Below, one piece after another: positions 12,928-22,472 of a stretch of 64,000 bases of DNA. Each line of letters opens with the position of its first letter. Position 1 is the first letter of the stretch. The notes under the pieces are model-generated. The model saw only the letters and a list, made by a program, of their open reading frames with translations. It was not told where the DNA came from and did not search any database. This stretch comes from an uncultured Fibrobacteria bacterium (GTDB lineage Bacteria > Fibrobacterota > Fibrobacteria > UBA11236). A program made the position numbers and the translations under genes. The stretch spans positions 480,001 through 544,000 of the forward strand of contig OY970309.1 in NCBI GenBank assembly GCA_963716395.1, in the 5' to 3' direction.

Positions 12928-13304
12928 GTCAACAATATTTTGCGGTTATTTCACTGAAATATGAAGCGAAATTGTCATTAAGGCATTGCCAACGCGTGCC
13001 AACCAACCTAAACCGTCGGCATCCGTCTGCACAAAAATCCGTCTTTGAATGGCGAAAATCGATTCCCGGCAGTTCTACGCTTGACCATTTTCGATGGCCC
13101 AAAACATAGGTCCGGAGTGCACGCCATTTTTCCAAGTTGAAAATGACGCTCTAACTCACGATTGTCCTAGGGGTGGTCGAGGCATTAACCTTCGCCCGCT
13201 AAATCTGGGTCGATATTGCTGGGAAAGATTTCCAATGAATTTTATGCCTTGCCACAAAAGGCAAAGCGGAGAAATTGGTGTCGGGCGGGTTTTTAAAATT
13301 GCAT

Positions 13305-13334
13305 AAAAAAGGCATCGGATTACCGATGCCTTTT
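13305..13334 (-). terminator. Rho-independent terminator, possibly bidirectional
   Basis: aaaaaa-ggcatcgg-atta-ccgatgcc-tttt: perfect 8-bp stem with a T6 tail on the minus strand, 27 nt after the ThuA gene stop. Confidence 0.85.
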
Positions 13335-13360
13335 CACTCCGCTTTGGCTGGAAACCTTTT

Positions 13361-14575
13361 TTAGAGCATTACCCGCTGGGTATAAGTCTTCTTGGCGGAT
13401 TTAACTTGAACAATGTAGAGGGACGGACCTTTGAGATTGGAGAAGTAATAGTCTTTATCTCCGCTTCCCATACCGCGCGCAACGTTCTCGCCCGAAAGCG
13501 TGTATACGTTTACTTCGTTTCTTCCCGCTCCGTCAACATGAACATAGAGGACACCATTCTTGTTCTGCGCTTGTAGAATTCCTCCTACGCTGGCGTCCGA
13601 GGAACGGACGGATACGGGTTGGTCGACGTACAATCCCGCGGCCCATTTGAGTGACTGCCAAAGCCAGCCTTTGGTCATCAGAGTATGCGAAGTATCGGAA
13701 AATACCGTGTCGCCCTGCTGCTTGGCCCCTTGGCCAACGGTTTCGGGAGCGTGATTCGAACTCGTACCATCCCAGGCGCCGGTTTCATGGCCCCGGGCGA
13801 AATAGATGAAACGCCCTTGGGGTCCGCCAGTTGAATCGGGAGGCAAATGATAGGCCCACATCACCGGATGCCCAACGCCCATTGCAGACCCGGATGGAAC
13901 CTGATAAGTGGTTTCATCGATCGTCATCAGCACATCGGCAATGGGGCGGGGATCCGGGCTGACGGAATACCATTCATCGGGATAGGTGAAATGGGTGTTA
14001 TGAGGAAAAATGGACCGGATGGAATCATACTCGGGTTTCATCGACCGCACCACTCCACTGGTTTTCAAAGTGTCCCATTGAACCTGGGCATTTGGATCGG
14101 AGCCCCAGTTGGAATGCTGCGTGAAAATTGCTCCGCTGAGAACTGAATCCCGCAACCAAGGCCAAGTATTGTTGTGATCCAATAATCCATGAATTCCTAC
14201 GCAACCGCCCCCGGCTTTCAAATAGCGCTGAAAAGCGTGTTGAGCTCCGGTATCGCCAACCGCACCAGCTCCGCCCACGCGGGTGCCGCCGTTGAAAACG
14301 ACCACATCATAAGTCTTGAGGCTGTCATCCGTAAAAACCTTATCGATATCCGCCTGGGTGGCGGGAATGGTGCATTTGAACCCGTACTTGGGTCCCAGAT
14401 AAGTATTATAATAGTTGGAGGTATAATTAATTTGATCGGTATGAACGAACCCGCCTGATCCGCATTCGTTGATGACCAATACTTTTTTCAACTGATACGT
14501 TTTGGCGTACCCGCTACCCAACGCCATGGCTACAAGGCCGGCACCAAGAAATGATTTGTTTATCAAGTTATACAT
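13361..14575 (-). CDS. Secreted ThuA-domain protein with CTD-like tail
   Basis: Signal peptide; GFVH, YDVVVFN, FQRYLKAGGGCVGIHG, DEWY, HPVMW, GRFIYFARGH; tail VYTLSGENV...LYIVQVK; GGAGAGG RBS. Confidence 0.85.
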   Translation of the reverse strand: MYNLINKSFLGAGLVAMALGSGYAKTYQLKKVLVINECGSGGFVHTDQINYTSNYYNTYLGPKYGFKCTIPATQADIDKVFTDDSLKTYDVVVFNGGTRVGGAGAVGDTGAQHAFQRYLKAGGGCVGIHGLLDHNNTWPWLRDSVLSGAIFTQHSNWGSDPNAQVQWDTLKTSGVVRSMKPEYDSIRSIFPHNTHFTYPDEWYSVSPDPRPIADVLMTIDETTYQVPSGSAMGVGHPVMWAYHLPPDSTGGPQGRFIYFARGHETGAWDGTSSNHAPETVGQGAKQQGDTVFSDTSHTLMTKGWLWQSLKWAAGLYVDQPVSVRSSDASVGGILQAQNKNGVLYVHVDGAGRNEVNVYTLSGENVARGMGSGDKDYYFSNLKGPSLYIVQVKSAKKTYTQRVML

Positions 14576-14669
14576 GGTATTCCCTCTCCCGAAACCCCTA
14601 TTTAGAGATATGAGTGATCTTTTTTTGTCCTTCCGTACCAACCGGCATTCACCCACTTAACCTATCGCA

Positions 14670-16007
14670 TTAAATCCCAAACTGCAAGCGGAAAAGGTAA
14701 TACCACTGGCTGGGACGTTGCGTTATCGAAAGCCTGGTCAGAACGTTGTTCTGATCGATACCGCGCGTCCAATCGCTGGCCGCTTGCGCGAAAATCGACA
14801 CCCCTTTAACAATTGTCTTTTCCGCGTAAACAGCCCATTTATTGTCCTGAGCCTTAATTGCTTCCGTAGGATTGCTGCCGGATTGGTAGTCCGAGAGGCT
14901 GATGTCCCAATAGGGCGCATCGTTATCGTTTATCTGGCCAGTGCTATTTAAAAAACCCCACTTTCGGTACTCGTATTCAACTGAAAGCACATCGAAAAAA
15001 TTAAATGTGGGCAGATTAAACCCAACCATCAAGGGCACACGCTGCATCAGGCTGTTGTAATACAAGGGGTAATTTTTAATTCCCAAGATCGCGGCCTCGC
15101 CGTATAACTTCAAACCATCATGGCCAATCCACGGGTTGTCCAAGAGCGCTCCAAAATTAAGAGAAGCATGCGCCATGAGTTTTACACCCTGAAACGTAAA
15201 GCGATTTCCCGAATCTATAGGAGCATTCGCAAAGTCGATGACCGAATCTCCCTGAATCAGATATTCTCTTCCCTTTAATACGCTGGGCTTGAAAGAAATC
15301 AAGTGGGCAAATTCAGCGCCAGTCCCTAAATCAAAAAAATCAGACGGCTTATAATCCAAAACAAGACTGGGACTCAAATCATGATTTGGCTCAATGTCGC
15401 GCTCGATAAAAACGTTAAAATCCGTGCTTAATTTTCCGTCCAAAAAGCTCCCGTTGACCCGCAAACCAGAGGCCATATACAGTGCACTGTTCATGAGGCT
15501 CCAGCCAGCCGTTCCGGTCACTTCATAACCCGGATACGTTCCGTCGCGAAGCAAGAACTCCCCCAAATCCTTGGCGTCGGAATTGTATTTGTAAGGAAAG
15601 TATCCGAACTGGAAAGTCCAAGACGGATTGTTTACATCCCCGAGCTTATAGATTCCCTGCGCCTGACCCACGCCGGGGCCGAAACGCAGGCTGCGGGAAG
15701 TTGCGTTATTGGGATTCTCGGGGAAAGAGTAATAGAACAGCCCTCCCACCCCAATTTTGATGGCCAGTCGCTCGGCCACCGTGGTGGTTTGATTTAAATA
15801 AACGGCGGTTCGCTGAAGGACGGCCCCATCCGGACTAATGTCGTTTGCCGGATCCGCAATTCCTCCTTTGACGACCTGCCCAATATCGATGTATGACCCG
15901 ATCTCCAAAGGAGAACGATCCACCTGGACATCGGCAAACGAACCGAGGGGCAAGGCGCAAATCCATACCGCTGCAAAAACCGCTTTCATGATTGTTTGTT
16001 TTTTCAT
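14670..16007 (-). CDS. Uncharacterised predicted outer-membrane beta-barrel, paralog 1 of 5
   Basis: Signal peptide, amphipathic strands; family motifs GYFPYKYNSDAKDLGEFLLRD..YPG, YGEAAILG, RVPLMVGFNLPT; C-terminus WYYLFRLQFGI. Confidence 0.75.
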   Translation of the reverse strand: MKKQTIMKAVFAAVWICALPLGSFADVQVDRSPLEIGSYIDIGQVVKGGIADPANDISPDGAVLQRTAVYLNQTTTVAERLAIKIGVGGLFYYSFPENPNNATSRSLRFGPGVGQAQGIYKLGDVNNPSWTFQFGYFPYKYNSDAKDLGEFLLRDGTYPGYEVTGTAGWSLMNSALYMASGLRVNGSFLDGKLSTDFNVFIERDIEPNHDLSPSLVLDYKPSDFFDLGTGAEFAHLISFKPSVLKGREYLIQGDSVIDFANAPIDSGNRFTFQGVKLMAHASLNFGALLDNPWIGHDGLKLYGEAAILGIKNYPLYYNSLMQRVPLMVGFNLPTFNFFDVLSVEYEYRKWGFLNSTGQINDNDAPYWDISLSDYQSGSNPTEAIKAQDNKWAVYAEKTIVKGVSIFAQAASDWTRGIDQNNVLTRLSITQRPSQWYYLFRLQFGI

Positions 16008-16025
16008 AGTCAGTCCCGTCTTGGA

Positions 16026-17441
16026 TCAGATGCCCAAATCCAACCGCACGAGGTAATACCAATCGCTGGGCGTATTAATAATGGGCTCAGGCAAGGGAAC
16101 GAGAACGCCCGGGCCCACATTGGCGTCATACCCGCGCAGATAATCGCTGGCCGCCTGCGCATACAAGGTTAAACCGGGTACCAAGGTTCGCTTCAGATAA
16201 ATCGACCACTTAAAAGCCCGGTGCGATAAAGAATTCTTATCATACGGGGCAATTACGGACCCATCGTTGGGGTTTACACCTCCGTATAAGAGGTCGTGGT
16301 AACTCTCGCCCACAGGTTGGATGCCGGGAATGGGAACGGCGTCCTTCCAGTAGGACCAAAATATGCTGTAGGGAAAGGCGGGTTTGAGATACTCAACCTC
16401 AAGAGAAAGCTTGTCCAACAGTTTGAACGTGGGAAAATTAAAGCCCACCATGACGGGCATGCGATTGCGAATATTACTGTAATAATAGGGGTAATCCTTT
16501 ATTCCCAAAATCGCCGCTTCGGAGTAAAGCTTCAAATCATCCGGGCCGAGCAGGTCGGATTGTAAAAGGGATTGAAAGTTGATTGAAATTCGGGCCATCA
16601 CCTTGGTAGCCCGAAAGGTGTAATTCGAGTAACCCGTGTCATTTATATTTGTAACAACGGTATCGTCTGCATAACGATTCATGGGCTGGGTCGTGACTTC
16701 TCCCGTGGCCGTGGAATAGACCGGTGTAAGCTGCGGTCCGGTGGGGGTCGTGCTGCTGGGCTTAAATGAAATCAGATGCGCGAAAGCCACACCCCCGCCC
16801 AATTCGATTACGGAATTAGGCTTGTAAGAAAAGACATAAGCCGGGGTGATGTCTCCCGTCGGCTCAATACCGCGCTCCGTATAAGCCACAAGACGATGGG
16901 TAATCGGACCGGTATGCAGTTCGAGTTCCGCGCCTTCCAACTGCATCTCGGTGGAATTGATCTCGCTCAGCCCTCCCGTAACCATGATGGTGGGATAAGC
17001 CTCATCACGCAACAGGTACTCTCCCAGATTCGTTGCGTCCGGGTTGTACTTGAACGGAATGATGCCGAATTGAAAGCGACCGATTGGATCATCCACGTCG
17101 CCTAATTTGACGGACCCCAAAGCTTCGGAAACGGTGGTGCCGAATTTGATGGTTCTTTGATATTGAAGGCCGATGGAATTGGGAATGGTGTAAAAAAATA
17201 CCCCTCCCAATCCGATGGCAAAATCGAGCCGATCGCCAACCTTAACCTCTTGGGACAGGGAGAGAGCGGTTGTCTGAAGCATTTCACCGTTACTTACCTG
17301 GGGATAATTGGTATGAATGATTTGGCCCGCATCAAAAGTGACATCTGTCTGCAATGGTTTCCGCACAACATCGGTTTGCGCCAAAGAAAAAACCGTAAGT
17401 GGTACGGCCATGATCAGAAATCGCCCGATGCGATAACTCAT
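16026..17441 (-). CDS. Uncharacterised predicted outer-membrane beta-barrel, paralog 2 of 5
   Basis: PFKYNPDATNLGEYLLRD..YP, YSEAAILG, RMPVMVGFNFPT; C-terminus WYYLVRLDLGI. Confidence 0.75.
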   Translation of the reverse strand: MSYRIGRFLIMAVPLTVFSLAQTDVVRKPLQTDVTFDAGQIIHTNYPQVSNGEMLQTTALSLSQEVKVGDRLDFAIGLGGVFFYTIPNSIGLQYQRTIKFGTTVSEALGSVKLGDVDDPIGRFQFGIIPFKYNPDATNLGEYLLRDEAYPTIMVTGGLSEINSTEMQLEGAELELHTGPITHRLVAYTERGIEPTGDITPAYVFSYKPNSVIELGGGVAFAHLISFKPSSTTPTGPQLTPVYSTATGEVTTQPMNRYADDTVVTNINDTGYSNYTFRATKVMARISINFQSLLQSDLLGPDDLKLYSEAAILGIKDYPYYYSNIRNRMPVMVGFNFPTFKLLDKLSLEVEYLKPAFPYSIFWSYWKDAVPIPGIQPVGESYHDLLYGGVNPNDGSVIAPYDKNSLSHRAFKWSIYLKRTLVPGLTLYAQAASDYLRGYDANVGPGVLVPLPEPIINTPSDWYYLVRLDLGI

Positions 17442-18242
17442 AAAGCTTCCAACCTTATTTTTCAGAACAAACCATTAGCGGACAACACTTGATAGCCCGC
17501 CCCGCTTGCTAGAACAAAAATTTCCGGAAAGTACCAAGATTTTTCTTTTGGTTGTGTTTGTAGATGGAATCAAAATGTAAGCCTCGTTTTGAGATTTTCA
17601 AGTGCTATTTCAAAATTCCGGAGTATCCGCCGATTTTCATCGATTTCTCCTTGATCGCATAGAACCGATTTCGAATGTGCCGCTTTCGTTGTTACCCATG
17701 CTGGGTTTGTGCCGCAAAGCGGGTAGGTGACCATGCAATCCGGCATTCCGTCTTCGCATCACAAATGGTACAACGATGCGCTTAAAAGCCCGAAGTGCAT
17801 GAGAAAATCCGGCCCAAGGGGAAAATTCGGCGCCTGTAAATTGTCCTGTGGAGGGAGCTGCCGGAAAAGAAGGGTTTGTCTACCCAGATTGCGGGAACAC
17901 GCTCGATTCGATCTCCCGGTTCTTTCTAGATGGGGCGAATTCGAAATATTCTCGTCGCGACCATGCGGGAGAAGGAGAACAGCCCCCTGGGTGAAAGGGA
18001 CCTTCATTTCGAATTGCGAATTAGAGTTTGATTTTGGAGAAAGGGATGAAGTCTCGCCGCAGAAATTGTAACGAGCCTCCATGGAAGCTCAAGCTGAGAA
18101 TTCGGAATTTGAAAAGGGCTTCGATTTCCCCGGCTACACTCTGGCTTTGAATATAAATTTAGGAAACCTCGGTAAAAATTCGTCGTTTTTAGGCGAGCGG
18201 GGCTACTCTGTTTCGTTTAGAGTTTTCAAAAAAGGGGAGAGC

Positions 18243-19520
18243 GTGGAAAATCGGAGTCGAGCGCATAAATTTACGGTGAGCTTACTGGTATTGGGTTCGG
18301 TGGCGGCTTGGGCGCAAGCGCCTTACACCCCTCCGGCATCGGGGGATCTTTCCTGTAACACAGACACTTCCGCCATCAATCAGGCGGATACCCTCGTCAC
18401 CTCTCCGGAAATCAGCGGAACGTATACGGGTTTCGACAAAGTTTTTGACGGGATGTCTTTTAAGGGGTGGTGGCAAAACTGCCATACGGGCCACTCTTCC
18501 TCGGATCCGACGCATGGGGCAATTTGGCGCATCGCGCCGGATCAGCATGCGATTTATTCCACGCAACGCTCCAGCGGTGGCAACGAAGTCGGCGGAATTT
18601 TGGAGACGCATAAAAAGCAGACCAGCTACGAAATAATTTTCGACATCTGGCCTTCCTACGGAGATGACGGCGGTTTGTTCAATCGGGTCACCCTCGATGG
18701 GCAATGCTTTCAAACGGTTTTGGATTATATCGACGGCGGCTCCTACGGCGGTACGTGGGGAGAAGGCGGATATTTAAGCCGGGATCTTCGTCAGTTCATG
18801 TTTAACGGCAGCGACAGCGTTTTGACGATTCCAGGCAATGGCGGCGCCAACTGGACGACTTATACGCAAAGCATGAACCCGACCTCCTTTGGCTGTTCCG
18901 CCGGCGGTTGCACCCAAGCGGATTGGAGAAAACTCTGGGACTTATACGGTTGGAATACTACCCGAATCAAATTTTGGGGAGGACTGACGGCCGCCCAACC
19001 CATGGTGCATATGCAATCATGGTTCTTGACCAAAACCACTCCGCGTCAATGGGTTCCCCTTTGGACGGATTCCCTGACCTTGACGACCTCGCAAATGGCC
19101 CAGTGGCCGACAAACCCGCTCGGCTTCCAGGTTCATGGAGGCGGGCGTTTCGGCGGCGCCAACGGAAACTGGTACAAGAACATTTATCTGCGCCAACTCG
19201 ATCCCGCCACCGGCAACCCATTAACCGGACCGGTCACGCCCAGTACGGATCACAATCCCGGCCAGGATCCACCCGTCGCCATCATGAATCCTGCGGGCTC
19301 GCCCCGATTTCAGATTCACAGCGCCCCGGACGGATTGATCGGCACTTTGAATCTCGATTATAAAATTCGGGTCAGCGACCTGAGCGGCCGCGTATTGGAA
19401 AGGTTTTCCGGACATCCCGGCAGCTTCCACTACGTTTTCGGCGCCAAGACCCGGGGGCTTCTCTTCGTAGAAGTGCAAACCGAACGGGGTACCGAACTCT
19501 TTCGGATCAGCCGGATGTAA
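18243..19520 (+). CDS. Secreted DUF1080 (3-keto-disaccharide hydrolase-like) protein with CTD-like tail
   Basis: GTG start after AAAGGGGAG; signal ending AWA-Q; GFDKVFDGMSFKGW, DGGLF, WNTTRI, LGFQVH, YKNIYLRQL; tail VSDLSGRVL. Confidence 0.75.
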   Translation: MENRSRAHKFTVSLLVLGSVAAWAQAPYTPPASGDLSCNTDTSAINQADTLVTSPEISGTYTGFDKVFDGMSFKGWWQNCHTGHSSSDPTHGAIWRIAPDQHAIYSTQRSSGGNEVGGILETHKKQTSYEIIFDIWPSYGDDGGLFNRVTLDGQCFQTVLDYIDGGSYGGTWGEGGYLSRDLRQFMFNGSDSVLTIPGNGGANWTTYTQSMNPTSFGCSAGGCTQADWRKLWDLYGWNTTRIKFWGGLTAAQPMVHMQSWFLTKTTPRQWVPLWTDSLTLTTSQMAQWPTNPLGFQVHGGGRFGGANGNWYKNIYLRQLDPATGNPLTGPVTPSTDHNPGQDPPVAIMNPAGSPRFQIHSAPDGLIGTLNLDYKIRVSDLSGRVLERFSGHPGSFHYVFGAKTRGLLFVEVQTERGTELFRISRM

Positions 19521-19707
19521 TCCGCTGATTTTTTTGCCCGGTGAAAGAAGATCATTCTTTCACCATTTTCAATTTCGTCCGGTTTCTTGAATAATGACGA
19601 TTGGGATACACACGGGGAAATGATGCTTTGGATTTCAAAAACCCTTTGTTAAATTCGGCACACTTCATGGAGACATTTCGGGCTTGCCTGGCAAAGGCCG
19701 ATTCTTG

Positions 19708-21114
19708 ATGCGAGCGGCTTTCCTGCTTTTGATACTCGGTTTCGCTCCGGCGCTGGCGGGTGAGGTTCCTTCCTTGCAATTCCATGGTCAGGGCTGGATG
19801 CAGGTGGGCCGCGTCATGCATGTCTCCGATTCCCTGCAAAGCAACAATTCCATTATCGACCTGGACAAGGCTTGGCTGCAAAGCGTCGGCGCGCAAGTCA
19901 CCGCAAGTTCGGAGATCAGCGACCATTTCGACGCCGCTTTCGGCCTGGGCGTTTACCAGGTCAATCACTCCCTGGCGACCAACGGGGGAAGCCAACCTCT
20001 GTTCCTGGCCGTTCCCATCTTCGAGAGTTTTATCACCGAAGCGAGGCTGACTTATTTTCTCGGAGAGAAGGAAAACCCGGGCCTGAGCGTTTCGCTCGGC
20101 AGTTTTCCCTTCATCTATAATCCCGACGTCAAGGATTTGGGTCTGTACCTGTTGCGGGGACCCGTGTATCCCGGCCTGCTCATGGGCGGGTTTCAGGATT
20201 TCAGCGCCGATTCCACCAAAAGCAATATCCTGGGCGCCCGAATTCACCAGGCGATCGGTGATGTGTTTTCCCAGGATCTCATCCTCATGAACGAGAGAGA
20301 TTTGCCGCCGACCTTCGATTGGAGTCTGGCTTACGTGGCGAGCCTGCAGCCGATGCCGGGCTTGGAATTGGGGGCCGGGGTGAATTTTTATCGGCTCATC
20401 CCGTACAAATCGAAATTGGAGACACCCGGTTATTTGGTGCAGGACGGCCTTAAAAGCGTCACCGACAAATACCCCTTATTGGATTCGGCCGGAAATCCGG
20501 TGGTGGATGCCAGCGGCAATGTCGTGCTCGACACCGCGCGTTTCGTTTATCTCACGCACCAGGGCATCAAGCTGATGGCACGCGGAAGCGTGGACTTCAA
20601 GACTTTGCTCGGACTGGGTTCCCCGGCGGCGGATGATTTCAAGTTTTACACCGAAGCGGCCATTCTCGGCTTAAAAAACTACGGCGAGACGTATAATGAC
20701 ATTTGGCAGCGCATCCCGGTCATGGCGGGTGTGAACTTTCCGACATTCGGGGTGCTGGATTATCTGTCCCTGGAAGTGGAGTGGTATGGCTCTCCCTATC
20801 CGGACGATATCGCCAATCTTGGCTACTACAACGACGTGGCGGATTGGACCTTGCGCAATTTATCGCGTCCCATTCCTTCGCCGGCGCCGGTGGCGGGCCC
20901 CTACGCGGATTCGACCCGGGATAATTGGAAATGGGCGCTTTATCTGCAGAAGGATGTCCGCCATCATCTCCGCTTCATCGCTCAAATCGCCGACGATCAT
21001 TATCGGCCGCCGCATATGGCGACCGGTTTGATTACGACCACCGGCGGCACGGCCCAAGCGTTCACGACGCTTAAGGACTGGTACTTCATGTTTCGCCTAG
21101 GGTATTTCTTTTGA
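19708..21114 (+). CDS. Uncharacterised predicted outer-membrane beta-barrel, paralog 3 of 5
   Basis: FPFIYNPDVKDLGLYLLRGPVYPG, YTEAAILG, RIPVMAGVNFPT, RDNWKW; C-terminus WYFMFRLGYFF. Confidence 0.78.
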   Translation: MRAAFLLLILGFAPALAGEVPSLQFHGQGWMQVGRVMHVSDSLQSNNSIIDLDKAWLQSVGAQVTASSEISDHFDAAFGLGVYQVNHSLATNGGSQPLFLAVPIFESFITEARLTYFLGEKENPGLSVSLGSFPFIYNPDVKDLGLYLLRGPVYPGLLMGGFQDFSADSTKSNILGARIHQAIGDVFSQDLILMNERDLPPTFDWSLAYVASLQPMPGLELGAGVNFYRLIPYKSKLETPGYLVQDGLKSVTDKYPLLDSAGNPVVDASGNVVLDTARFVYLTHQGIKLMARGSVDFKTLLGLGSPAADDFKFYTEAAILGLKNYGETYNDIWQRIPVMAGVNFPTFGVLDYLSLEVEWYGSPYPDDIANLGYYNDVADWTLRNLSRPIPSPAPVAGPYADSTRDNWKWALYLQKDVRHHLRFIAQIADDHYRPPHMATGLITTTGGTAQAFTTLKDWYFMFRLGYFF

Positions 21115-22454
21115 ACCGGGCTCGCCGCGGCATGTCGCGGGGTATGCGCATCGCAGGCCTGACCGGGATGGCCTCCGCCCTCTTGTTGGGTATGAATAGC
21201 CGCGCCGATGACTTGCAATTGGATTTTCACGGGGCGGGTTGGACCCAGTTCGGACGCATCGAACATAGTTTCACGCCTCCGAGCCTGGCTTCGAACAATT
21301 ACAACAGCAATTGGATCGAGTACGCCGGCGGACTGATTTCGGCCACGGCAAAAATCGACTCGAACTGGGAAGGCGCCATGGGCCTGGGAGCCCTCCAGGT
21401 GCATCTAGCCCGCGGCAGCATCAACAACGCCAATATCTGGTACCCTTTTCTGGTTCCTTTCGTCGCGGAAGCCAGAATCACCTATTCGCATGACCTGTTC
21501 TCCGCGAATGATCAATTACGGCTTACGGCCGGCACCTTTCCCTACACCTACAATCCCGACGTAAAGAATCTCGGCTTCTATCTCTTGCGGGGATATGTGT
21601 ATCCGGGGATTTTGCAATCCGGTTTTGAAATTCCCTTCAATATCACCGGCGGCATGGCGCGTTACCAATCCGGAGATTTTCGCAACGATTTGATTTTGAA
21701 ATCGGAAACGGATGATTACCCCCTGTACGATTTTTCCTTGGCGGACGTCATCAATTACCAGGTTGCACCGGGACTCGAACTGGGCGCCGGAGTGAATTTT
21801 TACCGCCTGATTCCGCAGAACTCCAAGGTGACCTCGCCTCCCACGAATTGCCTGACCGGGGACCTGGGCCCCTACGCCGAATTGGGGCAGGCCGATCCTT
21901 GCGGCATCATCGACACCGTGAACGGGGTCAAAGATACGGTGGGCGGCTCTTTGGCCGGTACGAAATTGATGGGCCGCTTTCACCTGGATCCCAAGGCATG
22001 GTTCGAGAATGCCGACGGAGGGCCCTGGGGCAAAAACGATTGGGTGATCTACGGCGAAGCCGCCATCATCGGTCTCAAGGATTACCCCAAGGTGTATAAC
22101 AATATCCTCCGCCGCATTCCGGTGATGGTGGGATTCGACTTTCCCACCTGGGACCTGCTGGATTATTTCTCGCTGGAAGTCGAATACTACGCCGATAAAA
22201 ATTCCAGCGACGAGATTACCGCCGAGAACGGCTCGTGGGTGCCGGCGGTTCACCCCGGTTACAACTATGCGCGCGATGATTGGAAATGGTCCTTCAATTT
22301 GGCCAAGGTTTTCTTGGGGCATGTGAAGCTCTCGGCGCAAGTGGCGGACGATCATACGCGTTTGGGCGGCTACCACGACGCGGCGACCGGAGTCGAGGTA
22401 TTCAGCACACCGACGGACTGGTATTGGATGGGAAAACTCGCCTTTTTCTTTTAG
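21111..22454 (+). CDS. Uncharacterised predicted outer-membrane beta-barrel, paralog 4 of 5
   Basis: FPYTYNPDVKNLGFYLLRGYVYPG, YGEAAIIG, RIPVMVGFDFPT, RDDWKW; C-terminus WYWMGKLAFFF. Start may be TTG 21111 (overlapping the upstream stop) or a downstream ATG. Confidence 0.78.
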   Translation: MNRARRGMSRGMRIAGLTGMASALLLGMNSRADDLQLDFHGAGWTQFGRIEHSFTPPSLASNNYNSNWIEYAGGLISATAKIDSNWEGAMGLGALQVHLARGSINNANIWYPFLVPFVAEARITYSHDLFSANDQLRLTAGTFPYTYNPDVKNLGFYLLRGYVYPGILQSGFEIPFNITGGMARYQSGDFRNDLILKSETDDYPLYDFSLADVINYQVAPGLELGAGVNFYRLIPQNSKVTSPPTNCLTGDLGPYAELGQADPCGIIDTVNGVKDTVGGSLAGTKLMGRFHLDPKAWFENADGGPWGKNDWVIYGEAAIIGLKDYPKVYNNILRRIPVMVGFDFPTWDLLDYFSLEVEYYADKNSSDEITAENGSWVPAVHPGYNYARDDWKWSFNLAKVFLGHVKLSAQVADDHTRLGGYHDAATGVEVFSTPTDWYWMGKLAFFF

Positions 22455-22472
22455 GAAATCCAAGGAAGATTC

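Noticed and set aside
17727-18082. ORFs of 114 and 107 aa in the divergent gap of the barrel locus
   Set aside because: They overlap each other on opposite strands, have no RBS or motifs and have atypical composition; more likely regulatory DNA
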